Source of the DNA: Eledone cirrhosa
Taxonomy: Eukaryota
Direction: 5' to 3'
NCBI GenBank assembly: GCA_964016885.1
Contig: OZ024753.1
Span: 33,666,001 to 33,730,000, forward strand
DNA: 64,000 bases
The position numbers were made by a program, and so were the translations under genes. Shown here one piece after another: positions 12,831 to 24,878 of this stretch (positions are counted from its first letter, which is position 1; every line of letters starts with the position of its first letter). Below the pieces are notes generated by a model. It was not told the origin of the DNA, did no database searches, and saw only the letters and a program-made list of their open reading frames with translations.

Positions 12831-14532
12831 TTATAATCCTCTGCAATTATATATAAAAAATAATAATGAGCTTGGTGTTTTTTGTTTGCTATCACTTTGA
12901 GGAGATAGATTAGAATTGGGAGGTGTAACATGAAATTGAGTGGAAGTATGATTTATTTATCACACTGCTGTGACTTATAAACATAGAAATGAGAGTAGGT
13001 TAGATTTCTGTTGCTTTTAAGAGATTAATTTTCTGTTGCTTTTAACAGCCATGAATTGTTATATAACAATGGAAACCTTGACATTTTGCTGAAACATTTT
13101 TAATATGAATATTTTGAGAAATGACTCTACGAGAATGGTAATTACATTGAAATCTTGTATCCACTTTTACTAAAACGCAAGAGATAAAATGAGAAACGAA
13201 AATATATGCAGACATTGGTATACCAAACATGTTTTAGAAAATAATGGTTTCTGATTTAGGCACAAGGCCAACACATTTTGGAGAGGCGAAAGTTGATTAA
13301 ATCGACCCCAGTGCATTACTGGTACTTTATTTTATCGATCCAGTAAGGCAGACCTCAAATTCCATCTGTCATCGAACTGCTGTTTTTCTCTCTAAAATCG
13401 GAAATACACCAACTCACCAACGCATCTTATCTGCAGAACACAGCTGAATCATACCGTTCAAACTGGGGTATAGAGTCAGTTGCTCCCTTTTTTTTCTTTT
13501 GTTGCCTTTCCCCATTACCATTTATATTGTACAATTTTTATCACATTTTTTCTTTAGTTTAAACTTTATTTTAAAACAAAAACTCCACACTATTCATCAG
13601 AATGTTCTAAACTTCGGCTACTTAGATGTACAATAATGTAACAAAGCTGTTCTGCATTCGTCTTTCTATAAACTTTAAACTGCTTAAAAAACAAAGAAAC
13701 TATCTGGTATTCATTTCAATGTCCATTTTAGAAAGAATACAATGTCAAAATTCTATGAAACTTCACATAGAGACCGGCCAGCAGATATTATGTATAAAGT
13801 TAAGTATATTTCATGACACAAATAAAAATAGGGTAATATTAATCAACATAGCAGTAAGAAATGATTATAACTGTTCAAAACAGAGCTGAAAAGTTAAGAA
13901 ATTGAATTGGTTTAGCTGTTGAAATAAATTATACCGCTTAACAAATGTGTCCATCATCACATTTTCTATATACACCATTTATTTAAAGACATAAAAATAT
14001 TAGTAAGCTCGTTACAAAAACTGCAACAGTAGGCTGTGTGAAAGCATTGAGAGAGTATCTTTAAATATAGGCATAGTCACATTCCAAATGATAGCAATAC
14101 TGGATTCTTAATATCATTGATGCACTCAAACGCAGAATCCTTTAAGTACAATAGGAATAGGAATTATAATGGTGGAACTACCGTATGATAAAATAAGAAT
14201 AATAAAACAAAATAGATTTTACCCTACATATTTCATATTTCAAGGTTTGAGATGAAGAACGAAAACAAATAGCTGTTATTAGTTGAAATGTGACAGTCGC
14301 AGACCAGTCATAATAACTATGTAGCTTAGATCCTTTACTACTTGGTTTAGCAACAGACATTCTTATCTTACCCTACTCTAGTTCTACAATTATATTTCCT
14401 ATTCTCATTGTACAGGTTTTCCCAGTACTTTAATTACACAAACTATATTGCTTTCTGTCAAATTTATTTTAAGAAATATTTAAAAAAAAATCTTTTAATG
14501 TATGAACGACAAATCAACAATGATTGCAATAA

Positions 14533-14740
14533 TGGTTTCTGATTTAGGCACAAGGCCAATAACTTTTGGGGTAGGGGGCAAAGTCGATTAAATCGACCCC
14601 AGTTTGTTACTGGTACTTTATTTTATCGACCCCGTAAGGATGAAAGGCAAAGTTAACCTCGGCGGGATTTGAACACAGAACCTAAATGGCCTTAACTATG
14701 CCACAAAGTATGGTCGACGTTCTACTAATTCACCACCCTT
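14533..14740 (-). mobile_element. tRNA-derived SINE (long-tail subfamily) with TSD
   Basis: Family core plus the extra agtcgattaaatcgaccccag segment. TSD acaatgattgYaataa at 14517-14532 and 14741-14756. Confidence 0.9.
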
Positions 14741-14795
14741 ACAATGATTGTAATAACAACACAACACTAGTTATTTAAACTAAATATTGACCTAC

Positions 14796-15267
14796 CTGAA
14801 ATATCTGCGCCAATGACACTTCCTAGTTCCATTAGTAGATCCTCAGTTTTTTCAAATTTGTGATATGGTGCCTTGTATCTGGCCTTTAGGCCACTGTGAA
14901 TACTATCAGCAGTAATATGGCAGAACTTATCCTCGAAATATCCTTGTCCATCTGGATCATATAATAGTTGTACAATGTTCCATTTATACTCTTGCAGCGT
15001 TCTTGAAAGAAATGCATTTAGAGATATAAAGTTTGGTCCGATTCTTGTAAGCATCGGATAGTGTCGTAATCTATATATAGCGAAATCTGCTGACATTGCG
15101 CCAGCAGTTACCATAGGTACACTCCAGAATGTAAGCTGCCTTGCAAGAGATGCTGCTGGGTAATCACAAAAGGGGCCTAAAATCATATCTAGTTCCTGGC
15201 GGACGTAGAATTTAATGGCCTCGTTCAAAGGATAGAGAAGTGAACATCGAGAGTCGGCATAGTTAAC
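14796..15267 (-). CDS. Internal exon of a natriuretic peptide receptor / receptor guanylyl cyclase (extracellular ANF-receptor ligand-binding domain)
   Basis: VNYADSRCS..ILGPFCDYPAASLARQLTFWSVPMVTAGAM..YPMLTRIGP..W..LLYD..C matches NPR/rGC family motifs (DSxCS, GPxCxY, WxxPxxTAG, LTR). Acceptor tttatattttcag| at 15268; donor cag|gtagg at 14795. 472 bp, phase 0 to phase 1. Confidence 0.88.
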
Positions 15268-15369
15268 CTGAAAATATAAAGAGTAAAACAGAACTTTAGA
15301 AGAACTTGAATTCTTTTCAACACGCTGACGTGTATGTGTGTATGCATATGCATGTGTATGTGCATATGC

Positions 15370-15757
15370 ATATGCAGCAAGGCGATCAGCAGGGAAATAA
15401 AAAGGTGTATGAGAAATCAGAAGGCGCTTTGATTGAAAACAAACATAGGAATTTACTAAGTCAAGTGACAAGCATGACTAATGCAGAATACGTGACAAAT
15501 GTATGAGCAGGTCAGTGGGAAATAATCTTCAAGTCCCTGGGTGTTGCAAATATTAGCTTTCAGTTACATTGAAGAAGTAAAGTCCTTGCTTCGTATAAAA
15601 ATAATGTCCTGGGTTGCTGATGGTGGAGAAGGAGCGCTGGATATGTCTTGACAGGCTGGAAATCTAGCGGCAACTGGACTGTTCGGTGTGAATATTCGCG
15701 CTCGTCACACTTGGGTGGAAGTGACGTCACAGAGCCTTTGCGCATGTATTCACTACA
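15370..15757 (+). repeat. Dispersed repeat, copy 1 (homologous to 31337-31870)
   Basis: Shared segments cagcaggRaaataaaaaggtgtat, cataggaattta.taagtca, gtgttgcaaatattagctttcagttac and gtggaagtgacgtcac.gagcctttgcgcat.tattcact. Confidence 0.8.
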
Positions 15758-16004
15758 CATATTTATATGTATAAGTATATAAATATAAACGCACAAACAG
15801 AGGTGTACTTACAAAAATACACACTCACAGACATACATTCACACAAACACATACACAGCGTAGCAAATGAAACGCCAACCGCTGTTTTACTATAGTTTTT
15901 CATCATCCGCTTCCTTTTTACACACACATTGTGTGACGGACGGAAGTTGCTCAAATTTATATATAGATTTATAAAATCAGAAACCATTATTATCATTATG
16001 GAAT

Positions 16005-16392
16005 TAGCGTGGTAGAACCATCAGAGCTTTGAAGGACATGCTTTTCTGCATTTATTCCGGCTCTGAGCGTTCTTAGTTGAACACACGCTGATGTCATCTT
16101 TACATTTCATTATTTCGGGATCGATAAATTAAGTATCAGTCAAGCCCTGGGGTCGGTATAGTCTACCTATCCCTCCCCGTAAATTGTCGGCCTTGTACCT
16201 TAAATAGAAATCATTAGGGTGGATTGGCAGTAGAGGGTCGGACACCATGCTTTCCAGCATAGTTACGTCCCTTTACGGTCTGAGTTCAAATCCCGTCGAG
16301 GTTAACTTTACCTTTCATCCTTATGGGGTCGATAAAATAAATTACCAGTAATACACTGGGATAATTGCTGGCCTTGTGCCACAAGTAGAGAA
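16005..16392 (+). mobile_element. Two tandem SINE copies (older ~16005-16212; young 16217-16392)
   Basis: Young copy has B box gagttcaaatccc and the family core; the upstream copy is degenerate. Confidence 0.8.
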
Positions 16393-18214
16393 TTATTACA
16401 CCAGATAATAGATAATAGATCACCAATAAATATTACATTAAGCAAACCTATTAATATTTTCAATATTGCGGGGTTTTTTTCAATCTTTGCGTTCTATGCT
16501 CAAATTATTTCGCTAAGGAAATCAAATCCCCACCTGACCACGAGATGATCACAACCAATTAATAAAGCTGCAATGTTTGGAGTACGACTGTGGCCGTCCA
16601 TTACTGCATTCGAACGATGATAAAGTTATGTCAATATAGATTTTGTGGTAAAATAACCGATCTGCATACCATATAAAACCATAATTATCCAAATAGATTC
16701 GAAAGTCTCAAATCTATTATAACGCAAAGAAATAAAACATCAATCAGCAATCAGGAAAGCATGTATTGTGTAAGAATATATTTTAATTTCCTGAAACAGC
16801 AAGCAGAATTATTCTACCAGAGAAAAACAATCCCGCTGTTGTTGCTACACTATTTACAATATAGATTTCAAAATACACGGATATGTTATTGTAAACGTTT
16901 CGCAAGTTGATCACTTCAATTCGTTTCTCTAAAAATATGTAAAAAAATATGTATCATTGCCGTTTCATTTTGAATTGTTATGAGGAGGAAGGGAGGCTAT
17001 TTTATTTGTTTTATTGTTTTTAAAGCGTTTGCAATAGAAATTCCTATGTAAATGTTATTATTTGCACACATCATAACCACCAATGGAGAAATAGATGAAA
17101 ATTTGCTCACATGTTGAAAGAAAATAAATAGATAACTGATGATTTTACATGAAGTATAATAACGATTATTTCAGAAATTATATATACCCAGAGAAGACAT
17201 CATATCATTACTTTTTATATTCAAGCAAATGATCTATCACAATCGTTATTATTTGCAAATCAATAATATATTGGTTAAGCTGTCAACTAAATATTTATAT
17301 TGCATCGCAGCAACAACATAATGCTGATAGAAAGGACACTTAAACATTTCGTTACCATATTTCTAATAAATAATACCGTCTCTTATTTTCAAATATTTTT
17401 TTTAAATAATCAAATATCTGGTGTTTGGAACATAACGTAAAGGTTCTTACGTAAAATTTTGATGGATGGTTTTTAGATAAATATAAGTAGTTTTGTATCG
17501 TAAAACCGGGGACTATTCCGGGTAGTTTGGAAACAAAAGTGTTCAATATTATATGGTTCAGATTGTCGGTAAACAAGTATCTATGCAGATATTCTTGATC
17601 CACTGCTGGATGAAACTTCAACAGCCGTTCTATTTAAAATATAATTGTTCCAAGCTGACTAAGGAGGAATTGAACGAGGTCTGGGATTTGAAGATTTGAA
17701 TCTAGATCACAAAGAACTGAACAGATACCGCAAGGTACTTTCTCGGACGAACAATCATCTCTGCCATTTCGGCACATTTTATATATGGCCATAACTAATA
17801 ATTATATAGAATTACTGATAAGTCTCTGTGTTGAATTACTCATTTAAATATTTAAATAAGCAAATGACTTATAGACGTAAGTGTAGAGAAACGTGTTCTG
17901 CGTGACGAAGTGAAGCTTGTCTATTGTATTTAAATTCTGTCTGTGTAAAATATACATTCTAAAATTAGCATTATTTAAAGCATCTTTAGCCCCAAAGAAA
18001 TTATCTCTCGTTAAAAGTGCTGTCAAAATATATTTACACTGCCAGGCTTCTTAATTATCATATTCAAACATCTAGAATAAGTATAAGTAATATGATACGA
18101 AATGACTGCAAAGTTTGTAAGAGAATGTCTAAATATTCAGCTTCCAAATAACTTTATACTATTATTATAAATATTGGAATGGACCTTCGTCAGTTGAGTG
18201 TTCTGTGTTCTAGT

Positions 18215-18360
18215 TGTTCGATCAATGGAGCAGGAATCTCATAAGATTAACATACAAGTGGCTGAGCATACCATAGATACGAGCACCTTTAACGTAATTC
18301 TGAGGGAGATTCAGCGTGATATATGTATAACAAAGCCGAATATTTGAATTAGTTATAGTT
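18215..18360 (+). repeat. Dispersed repeat family (related pieces near 19090-19220, 25530-25630, 27595-27680, 28215-28480)
   Basis: Recurrent tcgatcaa...gaaattaa...caagtggctgagca.tccacagatacg...ttaacgtaattctc.gggagattcagcg motif. Confidence 0.6.
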
Positions 18361-18714
18361 AAAATCATCAGACGGGCTTCTAAACAATTCTTGGGTTGAC
18401 TCAAATGACATTTGCCCAAGTGGAATCAAACTCCTGGGTTATTAACACTACTAAACGATTCTATAAACCACTCAACAATGATACTATAAAGTATATATGT
18501 TCGTATACACTCCACACAAATTTTAATAATCCATTTAAAGGATGGTGAATAAACAAAATCATTAGCCCGCCGGCTAGTATGCCATTGGGGTATTTAGTCT
18601 GGCTCTCTACATTCAAATCTCGTAGTAATCAATTTTGCCTTTCATCCTTCCAGTCTCGATAAAATAACGTACCAATTATGTGACAGGGCTGGCCCCTTGA
18701 ATTACATTACAACT

Positions 18715-18858
18715 CATTTTTGCTAGCTGAATGGACTGGAACAACGTGAAATAAAGTGTCCTGTTCAAGAACACAACGCACCACCAGGTTTGAGAATCAA
18801 AGTCACGACTTTGCGATCATGATTTGAACACCCTAACCACTAAGCTACGCGCTTTCAC
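18715..18858 (-). mobile_element. Second tRNA-derived SINE family, degenerate
   Basis: Minus strand gcgcgtagcttagtggttagggtg head followed by gcgttgtgttcttgaacaggacactttatttcacg. Confidence 0.55.
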
Positions 18859-19234
18859 TTATATATTATACACAGCAATAATGTATACATTGATATTCAC
18901 ATCACAAAAGACTTCTATATCGTAGATCAATTGTCCACATTGAATTTGCTGAACGAACAGTTAGTTGCAGTATTATGCCTTCTATTTCCTAGTTAAGTAG
19001 AATGTAATAGGTAGTGTAAAATTATATAATAGACTGAGTCAGTGTTATAATGGATCATCCATCATTTTGTCATTAAGCTTTCACATTTTCGATCAACTAA
19101 ACATCCAACTCATGAATTAACGTGTAAGAGATTAGTGCTCCATAAAAAACGTGTATCGTTAAGGTAATTCTCGGCGTAACACAATATGTGGCAAGACTGA
19201 ACTTTTGAATTACAAGTACAGCTCCGACACTATG

Positions 19235-19490
19235 GGCATGTGGTTAGAATGTCTGGACAGATTTTATGGAGTACTGGTCAGATTTTACAGGCAAAACCAA
19301 CCGACAGGAGATCCAGGGGTAGATCCCGAGCAATATGATTGGATAATATCCATGAGCTTGGCTGGTCACGCTTGGGATCCAGCCGGATCATTTGGAGAGG
19401 GTTGCTTCTGACAGGACCCACTGGAAGGAGTGTTTGAGGACTGTCCCCACTACTCTCTCAAGATAAAAAGAAAATGAGAAGAAGAAGAAA
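19235..19490 (+). mobile_element. RTE-like LINE 3' fragment (reverse copy at ~29762-29975)
   Basis: GHVVRM...RRSRGRSR remnant and a gaagaagaa tail. Reverse-complement match to 29762-29975 (cgcttgggatccagccggatca). Confidence 0.7.
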
Positions 19491-19706
19491 AGTTCCGTTC
19501 GACGGCGGGCATCTATACAATTTTTATCTACCTTATTTCACTCACAGAGCTTGGTTTGACTCGAAGTTATGTTAAATACACTGGCCCACGAATGCTACGA
19601 AGTGATATGGAAGTAACGGTTTATTAAAAACCCTATACTGAAAACTTAAGGAATGCAAATACATACACACAACAATAGTTTATCAATTTATAGCATCAAT
19701 AATATA

Positions 19707-19902
19707 TGAGGGTCGACTGGAAATTTCATAGGCTCACTATGAAGGAGCGATGCTAGAGCTGTGAAATCTTTTATGCATTAATTTCAACTCTTATTAGTAA
19801 CTGAATTGTTTCTTTCCAGGGACAATGTTAAAAAAATAAACTTCATTTGCTCATTCCATGTGAGTATTTTGGGAAGCCTATGGACTTTTCAGCCAACCCT
19901 CG
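19707..19902. mobile_element. Mariner-type MITE
   Basis: Imperfect ~28-bp TIRs (tgagggtcgactggaaatttcataggct / agcctatggacttttcagccaaccctcg), with TA on the left flank. Confidence 0.65.
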
Positions 19903-20114
19903 AATAGAGAATATGCATTAGGGCATGTGTGTGTGTGTAGATGAACGTGTGTGTGTGTGTGTAGATGAACGTATGCGTGTGACGCGTGTATATTCTATTT
20001 CGGTAATTATAATCGTATCATTTAATGAAAACATGTCTACATTTTGAAACAATATTAATTTATTATTCATGGATTTCTTGATGAAATCTAACAGAATTTT
20101 CACTTTCGTAATTA

Positions 20115-20450
20115 AATGCTGAAGGCGGAGTGAGAAATAGTTCTCAGGTAATCTTCTGTGACAAGAAGAGGAACACCTGGATTCGACAGCAGACTGGAGA
20201 GAAGGAGGTAATTGAGACTATCAAAAAGAGCAAACGTAGATGAGCTGGCAATGTGTTGTCTCAGAGACAGTAGGTGAACTATTAGAACGACAGTGGACAC
20301 CAAAACAATGAAAAAGAACTAGAGGACGGCCAAAGGCAAGTTGGCGCGACGATCTGACCCAATCCTCGGACCCACATGGTTCAGTGTGGCCAGAGATAGG
20401 AAGCATTTGAGGTCAACGAGAGAGAGGTTCCTCCATCAGGATTCGATTGA
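20115..20450 (+). mobile_element. Decayed RTE LINE 3' fragment
   Basis: Remnants of IRQQTG, KRRWAGHV-like and KRTRGRPKASWRDDL motifs. Confidence 0.65.
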
Positions 20451-20875
20451 AACGGATTTGGAATTAGAACTTAGGTTTCAGTAATTTATATAACAAAGAA
20501 CCAGACATAAATATATACACATTCATCGAAACTTAAATATTTTCAGACATATATGGAAACTTATATATTATACTTCATACTGAAGCTTGATAAAGTTACT
20601 TATTGAAAGATAATCACAATACAATGTTATATAAACCTCGATTATGCAAACAACAATCCGTATCTCGGAATATCTAAATAATACATTAGCATTTCTTATG
20701 TGATTAAATGTTAATTTGAATTACTGAACAACACGCAAAAACCGTTACATCAAATGTGATACCGACACTGGTGTAACGATATCGTCCTTTGTTTACAATA
20801 ATCAATATTACTACCTATTGATCGGTAAGCCAGTTTGATTTCTGTCGGTCATTGTAAAGAACGTTAAGATAATAA

Positions 20876-21236
20876 TTGTGTCTATGGCACAAGGCCAACA
20901 ATTACCCCAGTGAATAACTGGTGCTTTACTTTATCGACCTCATAAGGATGAAAGGCAAAGTTAACCTCGGCGGGATTTGAACTCAGAATGCAAAGGGCCA
21001 TAACTATGCTGCAAAACAGGGTGTCTGACACTACTGATACTGCCAATTTTTAATAATGATAATAATAATTGCTTCTACTTTTGGCCCAAGTCCAGCAATT
21101 ATTCCAGTGCATTACTGGTACTTTATTTTATCTACCCCGTAAGGATGAAAGACAAAGTTAACCTCGGCGGGATTTGAACCCAGACTGTAAAATGCTGAAC
21201 AAGATGGCGTCCGACCCTCTACCGATACTGCCAATT
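20876..21236 (-). mobile_element. Two tandem SINE copies (20876-21047, 21067-21236)
   Basis: Family core and B box in both. Confidence 0.85.
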
Positions 21237-22044
21237 CAATGACTGGTTCGCTGAAGGATTTAAAAGTCTGGTAAAATCGCTGTTTTTATTCATTCTATAA
21301 CATTTTTGTGAAGAGAAAGCGAAGACGGTTGATAGTCAGAGATAAGAAAGATTTTACTGTATCTGGATCGTGGAGAAAACGGCATCATATTTTATATAAG
21401 AGTACAATGGTGTAAAACCTAAACAAACCGTATTTTGATAAGTGTTCAATGTGATGGCTGGAAGATTGGTAGAATTGGTAGAGTGTCAGATAAAGTGCTA
21501 TTGTGGTATTTGTTCTGGCTCTTTATATTCTGTGTTTCAGAAGTCAACTTTACATCTCAACCGCCTGGGCTCCATAAAGTAAAGTATCTGTAATGAAACT
21601 GAGGGTTTTAATCAAGTTCGCCCTTCACCCGAATTAAGATATCTGAACAACTAGTCATTCACTCTCTTGTTTGGATAATCGAGATCTACCTGTAATCAGA
21701 GAAATACCTGTAAGAAAATAGTGAGTTACAGGTAGATAGCGGTTTATTCCTATATTCATCGCAAGGTTGTGTAAATCACACAGAAAACTCTACTGATTAA
21801 ACAACAATACATGTAAAAAAGTATGTGTATGTATATGTGTATGAATGTGTATATAGAATAAAGGAGTTAAAGCAATTGTATGCTTATCTTAGTTTATAGG
21901 AAAGAAGAGCGATGAAACTCTGTTTATGGTAATATACAGAGAACAAGAATAAAAACAGACGTCCGTTTATGGTAATATTAATACATAGAAACGAAGATTG
22001 AATATAAGATCGAAGACAACTGCAATAAATGCGGAAAAGCAGAC

Positions 22045-22390
<346 letters not shown>

Positions 22391-22874
22391 ATATATATAT
22401 ATATATATATATATCTACAGTATATATATATATAATATGTTATGATGCAACACTGAGTCCTTGTTCCTTATAGTATATATAATATATATATATATATATT
22501 TTTTTTTTGGGGGGGGGGGCTGCTTCGTAGAATCGAGACGTATCTGACGCCGCAACACTGATTCTCCGTTTCTTATGTGATATATATATATATATATATT
22601 TATTTATTTATTTATAAAAAAATATATATATATATATATACAATTCCATAGAGAATAGGAAAGCCTTTCCTATCTCTCTACATTATAAATCCTAATAGGT
22701 ACTAACACTGTGTAAATTTGAATCTCCAATTGGTGATAGCACTATATCTGGTGATATAGTTGCTGCAATTTGTGTGGTTCTCGAGATTGACATGTGCGTA
22801 AGGTCAACCACTCGTTCGGTTGGCGGCGAAAAATATATTGAAAGAAAATAGGTAAACTATTTTTTACACAGAAA

Positions 22875-23020
22875 TGGAGAGAGGGGAGAGAGAAAGAGAT
22901 TGGGAGGGAGAGATAGAAAGAGGGGAGAGAGAGATAGAAAGAGGGGAGAGAGAGATAGAAAGAGGGGAGGGAGAGATAGAAAGAGGGGAGGGAGAGATAG
23001 AAAGAGGGGAGAGAGAGGGG
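22875..23020. repeat. 21-bp purine minisatellite
   Basis: Unit gagagatagaaagaggggaga/gg, ~5 copies. Confidence 0.85.
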
Positions 23021-24661
23021 GCGAATAAGAGGGACGAAAAGTGTTAACGTATGTTATTAGGAGTAAATAAGAGTGAATACAAAAAAAAAATGCGTGTAAA
23101 ACTGCAGACAACTTTTTACATATCTGCAAATTCATACAGAATGAGAAAGCTTTTCCTATCTCTCTACAATAGTAATCTTATTCTGACAATTTCCTCACAC
23201 CAAGTTAACTCATTGTTCTATATCTATTTTGTGATCATGTTTTAAAAAAAAAAAATCATGCAATTACTATATGAAAACAAAAACTTAATTATTGCTCATG
23301 AATTTTTCAAAGATGGCCGTACATATTTCAGAATGCTTTATATTATTCTATTTTCTTATTCTAATTCTCTCTTCTAGCATGTAGAGTTAACAATGTGATT
23401 AGCTTTTTATGTGTGACTATGTGTGTGTTTCCACACATATAACATTGCTATTATACAAAGAAAATAGAACCGCACACATACTGAGAATCACATCATACGG
23501 AGTATGTTTATAAATGAACAAAGCCACATCTTTGAACGATTCAAACCAGATCTTGTGTAGTTTTTAAACTTTATTTAAAAAAACTCTGTAGTATTGACAA
23601 ATAAATAGAGCACAAACATACTATTCGCAAACATTCTTGCTGCCAAATGCTGTCTAAACACTGTCTGTTTACACATTCGCAGATGATTTTAATCATTACA
23701 CAAGGCACAAAAATATGAAATATTCAAATATCGATTTTGTAAAATACTATAATTGAATATTAAGAAATCCAACATTGTTCAGAATAATCAGACACTGGAA
23801 ATTATTTACATGTAGCAATTGTCATCGCCACTTAAACCATTCCGTACCATAATTCTTACGAAAGAAGCTGCTTGTGATTTAAAAATAATATTTAATATAA
23901 TCAAAATTGTGGAGGCGTTTAATAATATAACTAATTTTCTCATCATGCTGATAGTTGGGACATAAAGGTTCATACATAAACTTATCTAAAATGTTTATAT
24001 TTATCTCAAAAACATCAACAATAAAGCAGTTTTGTGTCGTAGAATTAGAGGCACTTTCAGGCAGCTTGGTATCAAAGTGGTTTTAAACGTTAACATACTT
24101 CAGAAGAAGTGAGGCATTTGTGTTCAAACTCAACCGAGAGATATATGAAGACATCATTGAAAAAATTTTGAAAAAACCTCTCAAAGAACAAACATAAACC
24201 ATGCGCCGCATCGTATTTAAATGTATGCAGCATCGATTAGGTCCCAGGTTCGATCCCACTGCATTGCATCTTCGCTAAGTAAGTGTCTTTTTCCATAGCC
24301 TCGGGTCTACCCATGTCTTGTGGGTGAACCTGAGTAGATGGGATAAGGAAAACTCTTTGGAAGCTCGTCGGCTGGACTCTACCGGTAAGTCAAATGGTTA
24401 ACCATGTCACAGACTATGTCATGTTGAATCTCCCCGAGCACTATGTTAAATATACATCTACTTACATGTTAATTTCACGAGCAGACTGTGTATACAAGAG
24501 CAGACTGTGTATCTTCCAAGAAATAAGTAACATTTGTAAAAGAAACAAGTGTATATATTTACACACTTATGCAGTTATGGGTAAGAAGCAAAGTTGACCT
24601 CTGTGGGATTTACGGAACGAACACCACAACGTATTCTAACGACTGTCAATTCACCGACTAT

Positions 24662-24878
24662 GTTTTCTACTATAGGCACAAAGCCAGTAATTTGGGGGGA
24701 GGGGTAAGTCGATTAAATCGACCCCAGTGCGTTACTGGTACTTTATTTTATCAACCCCGTAAGGATGAAAGGCAAAGCCAACCTCAGCAGGATTTGAACT
24801 CAGAATGTAAAGGGTCATAATTCTATGTTACAAAACATGGAGTATGACGCTCTACTGATGCTCCCAATCCATCACCTT
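24662..24878 (-). mobile_element. SINE, long-tail subfamily
   Basis: Family core plus agtcgattaaatcgaccccag. Confidence 0.85.

Noticed and set aside
15268-15471. N-terminal extension of the 234-aa ORF as a start exon
   Set aside because: It runs through a dispersed repeat and a simple repeat, and a good splice acceptor precedes the homologous part.
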